Position numbers and translations under genes: made by a program. A stretch of 64,000 nucleotides of DNA. Source: Candidatus Colwellbacteria bacterium. GTDB lineage: Bacteria; Patescibacteriota; Minisyncoccia; UBA6257; Colwellbacteraceae. The stretch lies in NCBI GenBank assembly GCA_016176525.1, contig JACOWZ010000003.1, positions 63,554 through 127,553 on the forward strand, written 5' to 3'. Positions 1 to 8,148 of this stretch are shown here, piece by piece (position 1 is the stretch's first letter; every line of letters begins with the position of its first letter). The notes below the pieces were generated by a model. It was given only the letters and a program-made list of their open reading frames with translations, was not told the DNA's origin and searched no databases.

Positions 1-26
1 TTAATTGAAAGGAGTGTTCCTTAAGA

Positions 27-608
27 ATGCAAGATGGGATTGGGAACGGAACAACCATAGTTGGGTTGGTAGCAAGAAGACAAGCGGGCAAGAACACATT
101 CTGTAAAATCGCCAAGCTTGTTTATGGCGAAGAGAATGTGCATGTAATAAGCACAAGTGAAGTACTGGGTAGGTCTCTTGACTACTGGAGAGTGCCGCGC
201 ACAAAAGAAAATCTGCAGAGGCATCGTGTGTTACTCGCGAACACATTCGGCGGAGACATAATTCTCCATAAAGTAGAAGCCGAGTTGATGGAAAACATCG
301 GCAAAAAGCGACTGATAATCCTTCTATGTGTTCTCCACTCAACAACGTTCGCACTCATCAAAGAGTACAAAGGTACGCTTATAGAAATCACCGCAGAGGA
401 TGAGGTTCGTTGGAAACGCGCAACCAAGAATGGTGAAGGGGGCATCACGCTTGAGCAGTTTAAAGCCAACGAAGAGAAAGAAACAGAGCAGCAGACCCCG
501 ATCTTTATGGATCAGGCAAACAAGCACATTCCAAACAACGGCACCATCAAGCAGTTTGAAACCGAGGCGCGAAAGGTATTCGCTAGCCTACAAGTAAAGC
601 AAAACTGA
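27..608 (+). CDS. hypothetical protein with a degenerate P-loop-like motif (possible small nucleotide kinase/NTPase-like)
   Basis: 193-aa ORF with ATG at 27 preceded by AAAGGAG. N-terminal GLVARRQAGKNT resembles a degenerate Walker-A motif. Followed by an intrinsic terminator. Function not recognised. Confidence 0.4.
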   Translation: MQDGIGNGTTIVGLVARRQAGKNTFCKIAKLVYGEENVHVISTSEVLGRSLDYWRVPRTKENLQRHRVLLANTFGGDIILHKVEAELMENIGKKRLIILLCVLHSTTFALIKEYKGTLIEITAEDEVRWKRATKNGEGGITLEQFKANEEKETEQQTPIFMDQANKHIPNNGTIKQFETEARKVFASLQVKQN

Positions 609-640
609 CCCAAGGGGTCAGTTATTTTTGTTTCTCAAAC
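606..640. terminator. bidirectional rho-independent terminator between the convergent 27..608 gene and typA
   Basis: Hairpin TGACCC-AAG-GGGTCA (606-620) followed by GTTATTTTTGTTT on plus; T-run also present on the minus side. Confidence 0.5.
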
Positions 641-2430
641 TTGCGCCTCTCGTTTTCTGAAAGAATCATTTTTCTCAAACGGATATTTTTCGGCGTTACT
701 TCAACAAGTTCGTCTTCCCCTATGTAATCAAGTGCGTCTTCCAAGCCCATTTCGCGAGGAACATCCAATGTTTCCTGGACGCCAAAATTCTTGGTTCTAA
801 AGTTTGTAAGTTGTTTCTCGCGGCAAATGTTTACTTTTATATCTTCCGCTTTTGCATTTTGCCCCACTACCATTCCTTCATATACCTTTGTACCTGGACT
901 GATAAAAAGCTGTCCGCGCGATTGCGCGTTTATTAGCCCGTAGCTGTTCGCCTCTCCACCCTCGCTTGCGATTAGCGACCCATGAGAATTAGAAGTAAAT
1001 TCTCCTTTATATTCTTCATAACCTAAAAATAAGCTGTTCATAATTCCAAGGCCCTTAGTTGAGGTCATAAATTCATTTCTAATACCGATAAGTCCGCGAG
1101 TAGGAATTGCAAAATCCATAAACGCAACTCCACGGTCAACTTTCATGTCTCTCATCACGCCAAGGCGCTTACCCATCATCTCAATTACAACTCCCTGATA
1201 TTTTTCCGGCACTTCTATTGATACGAGCTCCATCGGCTCATGTTTGCGACCGTCAACTTCCTTAAAAATAACCTGCGGCTTAGAAACTTCTAGCTCATAA
1301 CCCTCGCGCCGCATCTTTTCTATAAAAATTGCCAGGTGCAGTTCGCCCCGTCCGGCGACAACCCAACGGCTGTCGTTATCAGATGGAGTAATAGAAAGAG
1401 CAACGTCAGTTGCAAGCTCGCGATCCAAACGCTCTTTTAGGTTTCGCGATGTTGTAAACTCGCCGTCATTACCGACGAAAGGAGATGTGTTTACACCAAA
1501 GGTCATTTTAATTGTCGGATCATCAATTTTTATAGTTGGCAGCGCTATCGGGTTTTCGACATCCGCAATCGTCTCTCCGATTGAAATATCTGGAATCCCA
1601 GCAATTGCCAAAATATCGCCAGCCTCCGCCTCATCAACCTCAACGCGATTAAGCCCGTCAAAAGACATAATGTATGTAATTTGGGCTTTATTTATTTTTC
1701 CACTCCTATCAATATGCGCAACACGCATTGTCTTCTTTAATTTACCCGAGTAGAGCCGACCGATAGCAAGTTTGCCTTTGTAATTATCAGGCGCAAGATT
1801 AACAGTCAAAAATTGCAGCGGTTTATTACTGTCAATTTTTGGAGCTGGAATATAATCAATAATAGTTTTGAAAAGCGGCTCGATATCTTTCATCTTATTT
1901 AAGTCCGCTTCCGTGCCAGCCTTACCTTGAACACCTGCGGCATAAATTACCGGAAAGTGCGCCTGCTCATCTGTTGCACCAAGCTCAATAAATAAGTCGA
2001 AGGTTTGGTTTAGCGTCCAGTCTGGCCTCGCGTTGGGTTTGTCAATTTTATTAATTACCAAAATTATCTTGTGGCCGGCTTCAATCGCTTTTCGCAAAAC
2101 GAATTTGGTCTGCGGCATCGGGCCTTCTTTCGCATCAACCAATAAAAGCACACCATCAACCATGCGCATTATGCGTTCAACCTCGCCGCCGAAGTCGGCG
2201 TGGCCCGGGGTATCTACAATATTTATCTTGTAATCCTTATATTTAACGGCTGCGTTTTTAGCAAAAATAGTAATGCCGCGCTCTCTCTCAAGCTCGTTTG
2301 AATCCATTATTAGTTCGCTCGGCGCGTCAGTCTTTACTTTAAAATCTTCAGACTGCTTAAGAAGTGCGTCCACAAGGGTCGTTTTGCCGTGGTCAACGTG
2401 GGCAATTATTGCAATGTTACGTATATCCAT
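622..2430 (-). CDS. typA: translational GTPase TypA/BipA
   Basis: 602 aa. N-terminus MDIRNIAIIAHVDHGKTTLVDALL with DTPGHADF and NKIDK GTPase motifs, then an EF-G-like domain II/V architecture typical of BipA. Confidence 0.95.
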   Translation of the reverse strand: MDIRNIAIIAHVDHGKTTLVDALLKQSEDFKVKTDAPSELIMDSNELERERGITIFAKNAAVKYKDYKINIVDTPGHADFGGEVERIMRMVDGVLLLVDAKEGPMPQTKFVLRKAIEAGHKIILVINKIDKPNARPDWTLNQTFDLFIELGATDEQAHFPVIYAAGVQGKAGTEADLNKMKDIEPLFKTIIDYIPAPKIDSNKPLQFLTVNLAPDNYKGKLAIGRLYSGKLKKTMRVAHIDRSGKINKAQITYIMSFDGLNRVEVDEAEAGDILAIAGIPDISIGETIADVENPIALPTIKIDDPTIKMTFGVNTSPFVGNDGEFTTSRNLKERLDRELATDVALSITPSDNDSRWVVAGRGELHLAIFIEKMRREGYELEVSKPQVIFKEVDGRKHEPMELVSIEVPEKYQGVVIEMMGKRLGVMRDMKVDRGVAFMDFAIPTRGLIGIRNEFMTSTKGLGIMNSLFLGYEEYKGEFTSNSHGSLIASEGGEANSYGLINAQSRGQLFISPGTKVYEGMVVGQNAKAEDIKVNICREKQLTNFRTKNFGVQETLDVPREMGLEDALDYIGEDELVEVTPKNIRLRKMILSENERRKFEKQK

Positions 2431-2810
2431 TGGAATTAAAAAACCTCCGGAATCTTCGCGGAGGAAGTGTGGAAAAGATACCAGAGATTATCAGATACTG
2501 CAACTTGTGGTCATTATACGCTATTGGAATATATGCGTGAATTATCACAGAAACTCACTGAAAACCAAAGGATTTTGATTGAAACGTGCTCCAGTAAACT
2601 AGCAACATCTTTAAGGTAAATTGGCCTCGATTCTGGCATTCTCTTCAGAACTATTATTAATTGTAGGTGAAATAATCTTTTTACTAAAAAGACCCATTCT
2701 ATTTTTCCGTTAGGTTTACCAATTTCTCGGTAAATTGCTCCCCTGCCGCAGAATCGTTAGTAAGGAGCGAGACAGAAACTTTAATCCAGAAAGTATATAA
2801 TTATAAAATA

Positions 2811-3353
2811 ATGAAACGGCTTAATTTCGTAAGATTCATAGTGTTTTCTGCGGCGCTTACCCTGCTGTCGCAGGTTGCCCAACTTGCCCGCGCAGACCAC
2901 GAGGGCCCGGAGAGAATCGTCGAAGGTAAATATGCCATTTATCTTTCTATTATTCCTGAAGGAAGCGATTATTTGAATTTGCGTTTCTTTTTTAATGATG
3001 CGAAAACCGGTAAACGCGTGTCGGACATTATCCCCACTGTATCTATAAGCGACGAAGGCGGCGCGGCGATTTTAAGCAACCAGTCGCTTGGGGTAAAAAA
3101 CGGCGTGGCCGAGCTAAAATATGCATTTCCTCACAGTGGATTATTTAATGTGTATTTAAGTTTCGGGGTGGGAGGGGAGCCGGAAAAAGTATACAGCCCA
3201 GAGCTGTGGTCAATTTGGGTGCCTGGCGCAGATGGAGTCGGGGCTCAAGGCAAGTATCCGGTCGGATTATCCGAAATATCCGGCTTTGCCCTCGCCGCAC
3301 TTGCGCTCGTGCTCGTCATTTGGAGTTTTATATCAAACAGAAATCGGAAATGA
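2811..3353 (+). CDS. hypothetical secreted/membrane-anchored protein
   Basis: 180 aa with an N-terminal signal peptide (FIVFSAALTLLSQVAQLARA) and a C-terminal hydrophobic anchor. No recognisable domain. Confidence 0.5.
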   Translation: MKRLNFVRFIVFSAALTLLSQVAQLARADHEGPERIVEGKYAIYLSIIPEGSDYLNLRFFFNDAKTGKRVSDIIPTVSISDEGGAAILSNQSLGVKNGVAELKYAFPHSGLFNVYLSFGVGGEPEKVYSPELWSIWVPGADGVGAQGKYPVGLSEISGFALAALALVLVIWSFISNRNRK

Positions 3354-3367
3354 TATAATATGCGGGT

Positions 3368-4024
3368 ATGAAATTAGATTTAACATCTGACATAAACCGC
3401 GGGTATGAGGCCGGGCTCGGTTATCCCCAAACCGACAAGTTTATGATTGCCGTCCATTGGTGGTCCTTCGGCTTTATAGTGCTATTCGCTATTACAAACT
3501 CCGTTTTAAAAATTGCCTCGTACTACCCATCGCCCTTTTCTTGGAGGGTGATTTCAGCGCCGGAGGCGTGGGGCACCGTTATTATTGGTTTCTTGGCCGC
3601 GCTTTTGCCAACGCTTTTAATAGGAAAATTTAAAAACCATTACTACTGGCGCATTTTGGTAACCTCGACACTCACTGTTTTCGCATATCTCGCGGTTTTC
3701 ATAGCTGGCGGCTCTATAGAGATGCATTTCATTTTCTTCGCCATGATAGCGCTCGTAGCGATTTATGCCGACTGGCGATTGGGCTGGTTTATGCTCGTAC
3801 TTGTCGCCTTGCACCACGGCATATTGAATTATGTGACCCCGACATGGGTGTATTTCTACGGCCGAAATGACTTCTCGGTATTTGCCCACGCCTTTCCTGT
3901 TATAATCGCCGTAATATTCACAACTATAATTTGCAAAACGCACAGAACAACTATTCAACAGATAAAATCGTTAAGGGAAGACTTGCAAGCGATAAATAAG
4001 GATATAAAAGCGGGTAAAAAATAA
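3368..4024 (+). CDS. hypothetical polytopic membrane protein
   Basis: 218 aa with about 5-6 predicted TM helices, 15 nt downstream of the previous gene (likely co-transcribed). Confidence 0.5.
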   Translation: MKLDLTSDINRGYEAGLGYPQTDKFMIAVHWWSFGFIVLFAITNSVLKIASYYPSPFSWRVISAPEAWGTVIIGFLAALLPTLLIGKFKNHYYWRILVTSTLTVFAYLAVFIAGGSIEMHFIFFAMIALVAIYADWRLGWFMLVLVALHHGILNYVTPTWVYFYGRNDFSVFAHAFPVIIAVIFTTIICKTHRTTIQQIKSLREDLQAINKDIKAGKK

Positions 4025-4046
4025 CTCGCGGGTTTATTTTGTTTTG

Positions 4047-4117
4047 TGGACCTAGGCGGAATCGAACCGCCACCTCCTCCATGCCATGGAGGCGTTCTAC
4101 CACTATACTATAGGCCC
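4047..4117 (-). tRNA. tRNA-Ala (anticodon GGC)
   Basis: Minus-strand sequence GGGCCTATAGTATAGTGGTAGAACGCCTCCATGGCATGGAGGAGGTGGCGGTTCGATTCCGCCTAGGTCCA. G3:U70 Ala identity pair. Anticodon stem CCTCC/GGAGG with loop ATGGCAT. T-arm GGCGG-TTCGATT-CCGCC. Confidence 0.85.
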
Positions 4118-4222
4118 TTAATAACTATTAACTTATAACAAATAACCTATAACAAAACAATAGAAAAATAAATCCCCTCACCTTGAAAAGGTGCGGGGAT
4201 AAAGTTAGAATGCGAGTTGTTT

Positions 4223-4309
4223 GGAGGCGTGCGTGAGTGGTTGAAACGAACTGTCTTGAAAACAGTTATGCCAGCAATGGCATCGAAGGTTCGAATCCTT
4301 CCGCCTCCG
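4223..4309 (+). tRNA. tRNA-Ser (anticodon TGA), class II with long variable arm
   Basis: GGAGGCG acceptor stem. Anticodon stem-loop CTGTCTTGAAAACAG. Long variable arm TATGCCAGCAATGGCATC. T-arm GAAGGTTCGAATCCTTC. No encoded CCA. Confidence 0.85.
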
Positions 4310-4310
4310 C

Positions 4311-4344
4311 AAACAAAACCCCGCCTGTCCATGGACAGGCGGGG
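4311..4344 (-). terminator. rho-independent terminator for the 4356..6614 gene (hairpin could also act on plus after tRNA-Ser)
   Basis: Perfect palindrome CCCCGCCTGTCCATGGACAGGCGGGG (4319-4344) with TTTTGTTT immediately 3' on the minus strand. Confidence 0.5.
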
Positions 4345-4355
4345 TAAGTGTTCCC

Positions 4356-6614
4356 TTATTTTGTAGTGCCGCTGAAGTTTACTCTTTGGCTCTCGCCTGC
4401 AGAGTTTTTTGCTGATATCTGATATTGGCAAGTGCCGCTGCAAAGATTTTCGTAAACTCGCGGGTTAGAAGCAAGAATTGTAGCAACCCATTTATAAGAG
4501 CCATCTTTTAATTTATATATTAAGTATTCATCCGGTGCTCCACCAGAAATCGGTGGATCCCACAAAACTCTTATAGAACCTGATGTGCTAGTAGTCTGAA
4601 TATTTGTTGGCGCCCCTGGTACTTGAACGCTAACTTGCGGAGCCAATGTGGTAGCGCTAACACTTACCCGTGGACTTTCGCCAGCGGAATTCTTTGCGAA
4701 TATCTGGTAGTTATAAGTTGTATTGCTAGATAGCCCGGAGTTTGTATAAGTTCTTTGATTTTGTGCAAGAATTGTAGCAACCCATTTATACGAACCACTG
4801 TATAGCTTAAATATCTGGTACTCCGTCGGCACACCTCCAGTTGTAGGAGGATTCCACGTTAAAGTTACAGAACTAGATGTAGAGCTTGTAGACACCCCTG
4901 AAGGCTCACCCGGAATTTGAACAGTCGCAGGCGGTTGCTGAGCTGGAGGCTGTTCGACAGGCGGTTGCTGAGCCGGAGGCTGTTGTGCTGGAGGCTGTTG
5001 CGCAGGCGGCTGTTCGGCAGGCGGTTGCTGAGCCGGAGGCTGTTGTGCGGCAGGCGCTAAAGCAGCAGACACAGTGTTAGAAAACCCGCTCGTAGCCTGC
5101 GAGTTGCGCGCTCTTATTTTGTAATAATATGTAACTCCCCTATCAACCGCAGAATCATTATATGCAGAAGAATTGCCGGGCACCGAAGTGAGGAATATTT
5201 CGCAACCATTACAAATACCACGATATATTTGGAATTCAAGAACTGTTGAACTACCCTGTGAACCCTGCCCCCAAGCAAGAGCAATGCGGTTTTGTTCACC
5301 ACTAGCAGACAAGGACGGCGCGGCAGGAGCCCGAACAATAGGGTCTTGTACTGTATCTTCAAAGAATGTTGCCGCAACTAAATTTGAAAATCCGCTTGTA
5401 GCTTGTGAATTACGCGCTCTTATTTTGTAGTAATAAGTAATACCATCTGAAACATTAGAATCCGTAAAATTCCTTCTACTGCCAGAAACCGTTCTGTAAA
5501 ACGCCTCACACCCGTTGCAAAGGCCGCGGTATATCTGATATTCAATAATTGCAGAACTACCCTGTGAGCCGCGCGACCAGCTTAACTCTATGCCGTCATC
5601 ATCTGTAAAGACAGATAAGTTCGGCGCAGATGGAGCTTGCGCGTCAGCAGTTGAGGGTACAGCAGTTGTTACAGCCACTGTGGAAGCCGCAACTTCGTTC
5701 GATGCAGGCCCAGAGCCAACAGCGTTTGTCGCGCGCACCGTGTAGTAATAAATTACGCCTTGCACAACGTTAAAGTCCGTATATGTGTTTAGGCTGCCAG
5801 CGACTGTTGTAAGCGCGGTTCCAGTGCCAGGACTTGTGCCACGCAAAATAACATAAGAAATTATAGGCGAACTGCCAGCTGATGCAGATGGACTCCAATC
5901 TAATCTAATATTGTTTGAAAAACCGGTTACAGTTAGAAATCTTGGCGCGCTGGGTTGCGAAACAGTTGTAGTAATTTGCGGAGACACAACTGTTGTCGGC
6001 GGAACAGGCGGCGGAGGAATAACTTCCACTACACCCACACCTGGGATTGTCTTCATAATTTCCCCGCTTGGCGTTACGGTTATTATTCTTGAGTTCTCTC
6101 CATCGCCAATAGAAATAACAATATCAGAAGCAGCAATAACGCTGCCGTTGGATCTAAAAACAACAGACTCTGTCCCTCCCTCTACAGGGTTTATAAAAAA
6201 CATTCTATCTGGAAGATTCTGTGTTTTTTCTTCTTGTACAGAGTCGCTTATTGTGCAGGCAGCATCCGGAAAAACTATACCTGATGTTTTAACATAAAAA
6301 TCGCCGCCAACCGGGTTTCTAAAACATAGGCCCCAAAGATTGTTCGCCTCATCTCTAGATTTGGCTTTTATATCCTGCAAATCTTCTACAATAGCATCTA
6401 CAACCTCGTCTAATGTGGCGTCTTGGCCAAAAAAGCCAACTGTGCCAACCCCAAGCCTGCCCGTAAGGCCGGCGACAAGTATGGCTAAGGCAACCAATAC
6501 TGCAATAAAAATAATTGCGCTAATAGCCGAAATACCTGCCCTGTAAGTAGTTTTGTTCATATTCGTCTTTTTATGTAGTGAGCGAAGATTAGCAGAGTTT
6601 GACTGATATGTCAA
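4356..6614 (-). CDS. membrane-anchored surface protein with tandem fibronectin-III-like domains and PAQQP repeats
   Basis: 752 aa. N-terminal signal anchor. Duplicated ~100-aa modules (…ITYYYKIRARNSQATSGFSN… twice; …KWVATILA.N.R.Y…AKNSAGES… twice) typical of FN3-like beta-sandwich repeats. 8x tandem xQPPA linker. Confidence 0.7.
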   Translation of the reverse strand: MTYQSNSANLRSLHKKTNMNKTTYRAGISAISAIIFIAVLVALAILVAGLTGRLGVGTVGFFGQDATLDEVVDAIVEDLQDIKAKSRDEANNLWGLCFRNPVGGDFYVKTSGIVFPDAACTISDSVQEEKTQNLPDRMFFINPVEGGTESVVFRSNGSVIAASDIVISIGDGENSRIITVTPSGEIMKTIPGVGVVEVIPPPPVPPTTVVSPQITTTVSQPSAPRFLTVTGFSNNIRLDWSPSASAGSSPIISYVILRGTSPGTGTALTTVAGSLNTYTDFNVVQGVIYYYTVRATNAVGSGPASNEVAASTVAVTTAVPSTADAQAPSAPNLSVFTDDDGIELSWSRGSQGSSAIIEYQIYRGLCNGCEAFYRTVSGSRRNFTDSNVSDGITYYYKIRARNSQATSGFSNLVAATFFEDTVQDPIVRAPAAPSLSASGEQNRIALAWGQGSQGSSTVLEFQIYRGICNGCEIFLTSVPGNSSAYNDSAVDRGVTYYYKIRARNSQATSGFSNTVSAALAPAAQQPPAQQPPAEQPPAQQPPAQQPPAQQPPVEQPPAQQPPATVQIPGEPSGVSTSSTSSSVTLTWNPPTTGGVPTEYQIFKLYSGSYKWVATILAQNQRTYTNSGLSSNTTYNYQIFAKNSAGESPRVSVSATTLAPQVSVQVPGAPTNIQTTSTSGSIRVLWDPPISGGAPDEYLIYKLKDGSYKWVATILASNPRVYENLCSGTCQYQISAKNSAGESQRVNFSGTTK
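4921..5056 (-). repeat. tandem 15-nt coding repeat (PAQQP x ~8) inside the surface protein gene
   Basis: Direct nucleotide repeats ggcggttgctgagccggaggctgtt… translating to QQPPAQQPPAEQPPAQQPP…. Confidence 0.7.
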
Positions 6615-6615
6615 A

Positions 6616-6645
6616 TTGACATCTCAGCCATATCTATGCTATAAA
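6616..6645 (+). promoter_or_regulatory. candidate sigma70-like promoter for the 6727 gene (TTGACA-N18-TATAAA) in a divergent intergenic region
   Basis: TTGACA at 6616-6621 and TATAAA at 6640-6645. Adjacent inverted repeat TTTGAC-N6-GTCAAA at ~6603-6620. Confidence 0.35.
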
Positions 6646-6726
6646 AGACGAGAAGTTAGGTGTAAGTCTTACAGGCTTACGCCTTAAGACGACAGCACCT
6701 GAACAACTAAAAAGGGATGATAAGAA

Positions 6727-8100
6727 ATGGTAGAAGTGGAAGAAACAGGAGATGCAAGCGCAAAGCATGCGACAACGGTAAAGGTTCCGGTTGAAGACTT
6801 TCACCCAGACACGCACAACGTGAAAGTCTTGAAGCGCGACAACGGCATCATCGTAAGGACCAAACCTAAGGGTGATGTTGAAGAGGGCACCGAAGCGGAG
6901 ATCGTTACGGACGAAGACCACACAGAAACCGTACACACGCTTATAACAAAAGATACCTTCGTGCCTATTAAAGGCGAAGTTAGTCCGAAGGGCTCTTCTG
7001 TTGAAAGCAAAAAACATGTCGGTGAAGTTGAGGTAACCCTCACACCCATACCGGAAAAACCGGAATCCGAAACGGAGGAGGCACAAATGCCACCGGAACC
7101 AGAACCTGAAGAAACTAGAGAACCAACCGAGCAAGAACCCGAGCCGGAAACACAGGAACCGGAATTCCCGGTTCTTGATCTTGAAGAGCGGGTGGAAGCC
7201 GAACCAACCCCGGAAGAGCCCGAGGAACCTCCCGCAGAGGCACCACCGGAACCCGAACCGGAGCCTCCAGCGGAGCCCACACAAGCCCCGCCGGAGCCGA
7301 TTCCCGAGCCCGAACCCATTGAGCCACCTACGGAGCCAGCAGAACCCCCTGCTCCGCCGCCGGTGTTTGACATTACCGTCGAACCACCAGTGCCGAGACA
7401 GGAACGAGTGGAACCTACGCAGGCACCGCCAACTCCGGAACCAGCTCCAGTGCCGGAACCAGTTCCAGTACCAGCTGCACCACCGGCAAGGCCTTTCGTG
7501 CCAGCAGTACCGCGACCGCGCCGAGCAACACCAGAGCCGAGGCCAGTTCCAACACCGGAACCCCCTCAAGCGCCGCCTGCATTGGCACCACCAGCACAGG
7601 CACCGCCAGCAACGCAGTCTGCACCAGTGGCTCCACAGACGCCGGCGACTCCAGTACCGATACCTGTACCTCCTGAACAAACTCCGGAGGAGTCGCGACC
7701 TTGGTACAGAAGCAAGGTTGTGATCAAGACCGGCGTAGGTACACTCGGGGTAATTCTACTTCTAATAGTCGGAATACTATTAGGAGTATGGATCTTCGGC
7801 GGCGAACCGCCACAGGCTCCGCAACAGCAACCACCCGCAGCCCAAGATGGAGGGCAAGCCCTACCCATCTCGGGCACCGGCACAGTAACCTTGCCAACAA
7901 CCGGCTGGTCAAACTGGATTGGCGCGAAACCGGACGAGAGAGTGGCATACACTTTCTCAACACCGGTTGAGGCCATCGCCACAGACCAGTATGGAAACCG
8001 CTACTCAACCACAGAAGGAGTGGTTCTAGTAGGTCCGGTTTCTTTCTCCGGCCCAGCAGGCAACATCGTTACTGCATCCTGGGGACCTCCACCCGTCTAA
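6727..8100 (+). CDS. proline/glutamate-rich membrane-anchored protein (low complexity)
   Basis: 457 aa. Long PEPEPEP/PAPxP tracts. Single TM helix (GVGTLGVILLLIVGILLGVWIF) near residue 340. Short C-terminal domain. GC-rich because of Pro codons. Confidence 0.6.
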   Translation: MVEVEETGDASAKHATTVKVPVEDFHPDTHNVKVLKRDNGIIVRTKPKGDVEEGTEAEIVTDEDHTETVHTLITKDTFVPIKGEVSPKGSSVESKKHVGEVEVTLTPIPEKPESETEEAQMPPEPEPEETREPTEQEPEPETQEPEFPVLDLEERVEAEPTPEEPEEPPAEAPPEPEPEPPAEPTQAPPEPIPEPEPIEPPTEPAEPPAPPPVFDITVEPPVPRQERVEPTQAPPTPEPAPVPEPVPVPAAPPARPFVPAVPRPRRATPEPRPVPTPEPPQAPPALAPPAQAPPATQSAPVAPQTPATPVPIPVPPEQTPEESRPWYRSKVVIKTGVGTLGVILLLIVGILLGVWIFGGEPPQAPQQQPPAAQDGGQALPISGTGTVTLPTTGWSNWIGAKPDERVAYTFSTPVEAIATDQYGNRYSTTEGVVLVGPVSFSGPAGNIVTASWGPPPV

Positions 8101-8108
8101 AAGCACAT

Positions 8109-8139
8109 GAGCTCCGAAACCCATCGGAGCTCTTTTTTA
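8109..8139 (+). terminator. rho-independent terminator after the Pro-rich protein gene
   Basis: GAGCTCCGA-aaccca-TCGGAGCTC hairpin followed by TTTTTTAT. Confidence 0.7.
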
Positions 8140-8148
8140 TAACCCTAG

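Noticed and set aside
1-354. 117-aa minus-strand ORF running off the window start
   Set aside because: Overlaps the plus-strand 27..608 ORF, which has an RBS and a terminator. Considered a shadow ORF, though I cannot fully exclude it.
4147-4443. 98-aa ORF on minus overlapping tRNA-Ser and the terminator palindrome
   Set aside because: It spans a tRNA gene and a terminator hairpin. Spurious.
4921-5056. Tandem direct repeats that could be mistaken for a CRISPR array (also 48305..48781)
   Set aside because: Repeat units are 12-18 nt with no spacers of unique sequence, and lie in frame inside long ORFs. No cas genes. These are coding microsatellites, not CRISPR.
6634-7680. 348-aa Arg/Trp/Cys-rich ORF on the minus strand (plus 190-aa Gly/Ser-rich ORF 6801..7373)
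   Set aside because: Both lie antisense to the Pro/Glu-rich gene 6727..8100. CCN/GAN codon tracts automatically give stop-free GC-rich reverse frames. The composition is non-protein-like.
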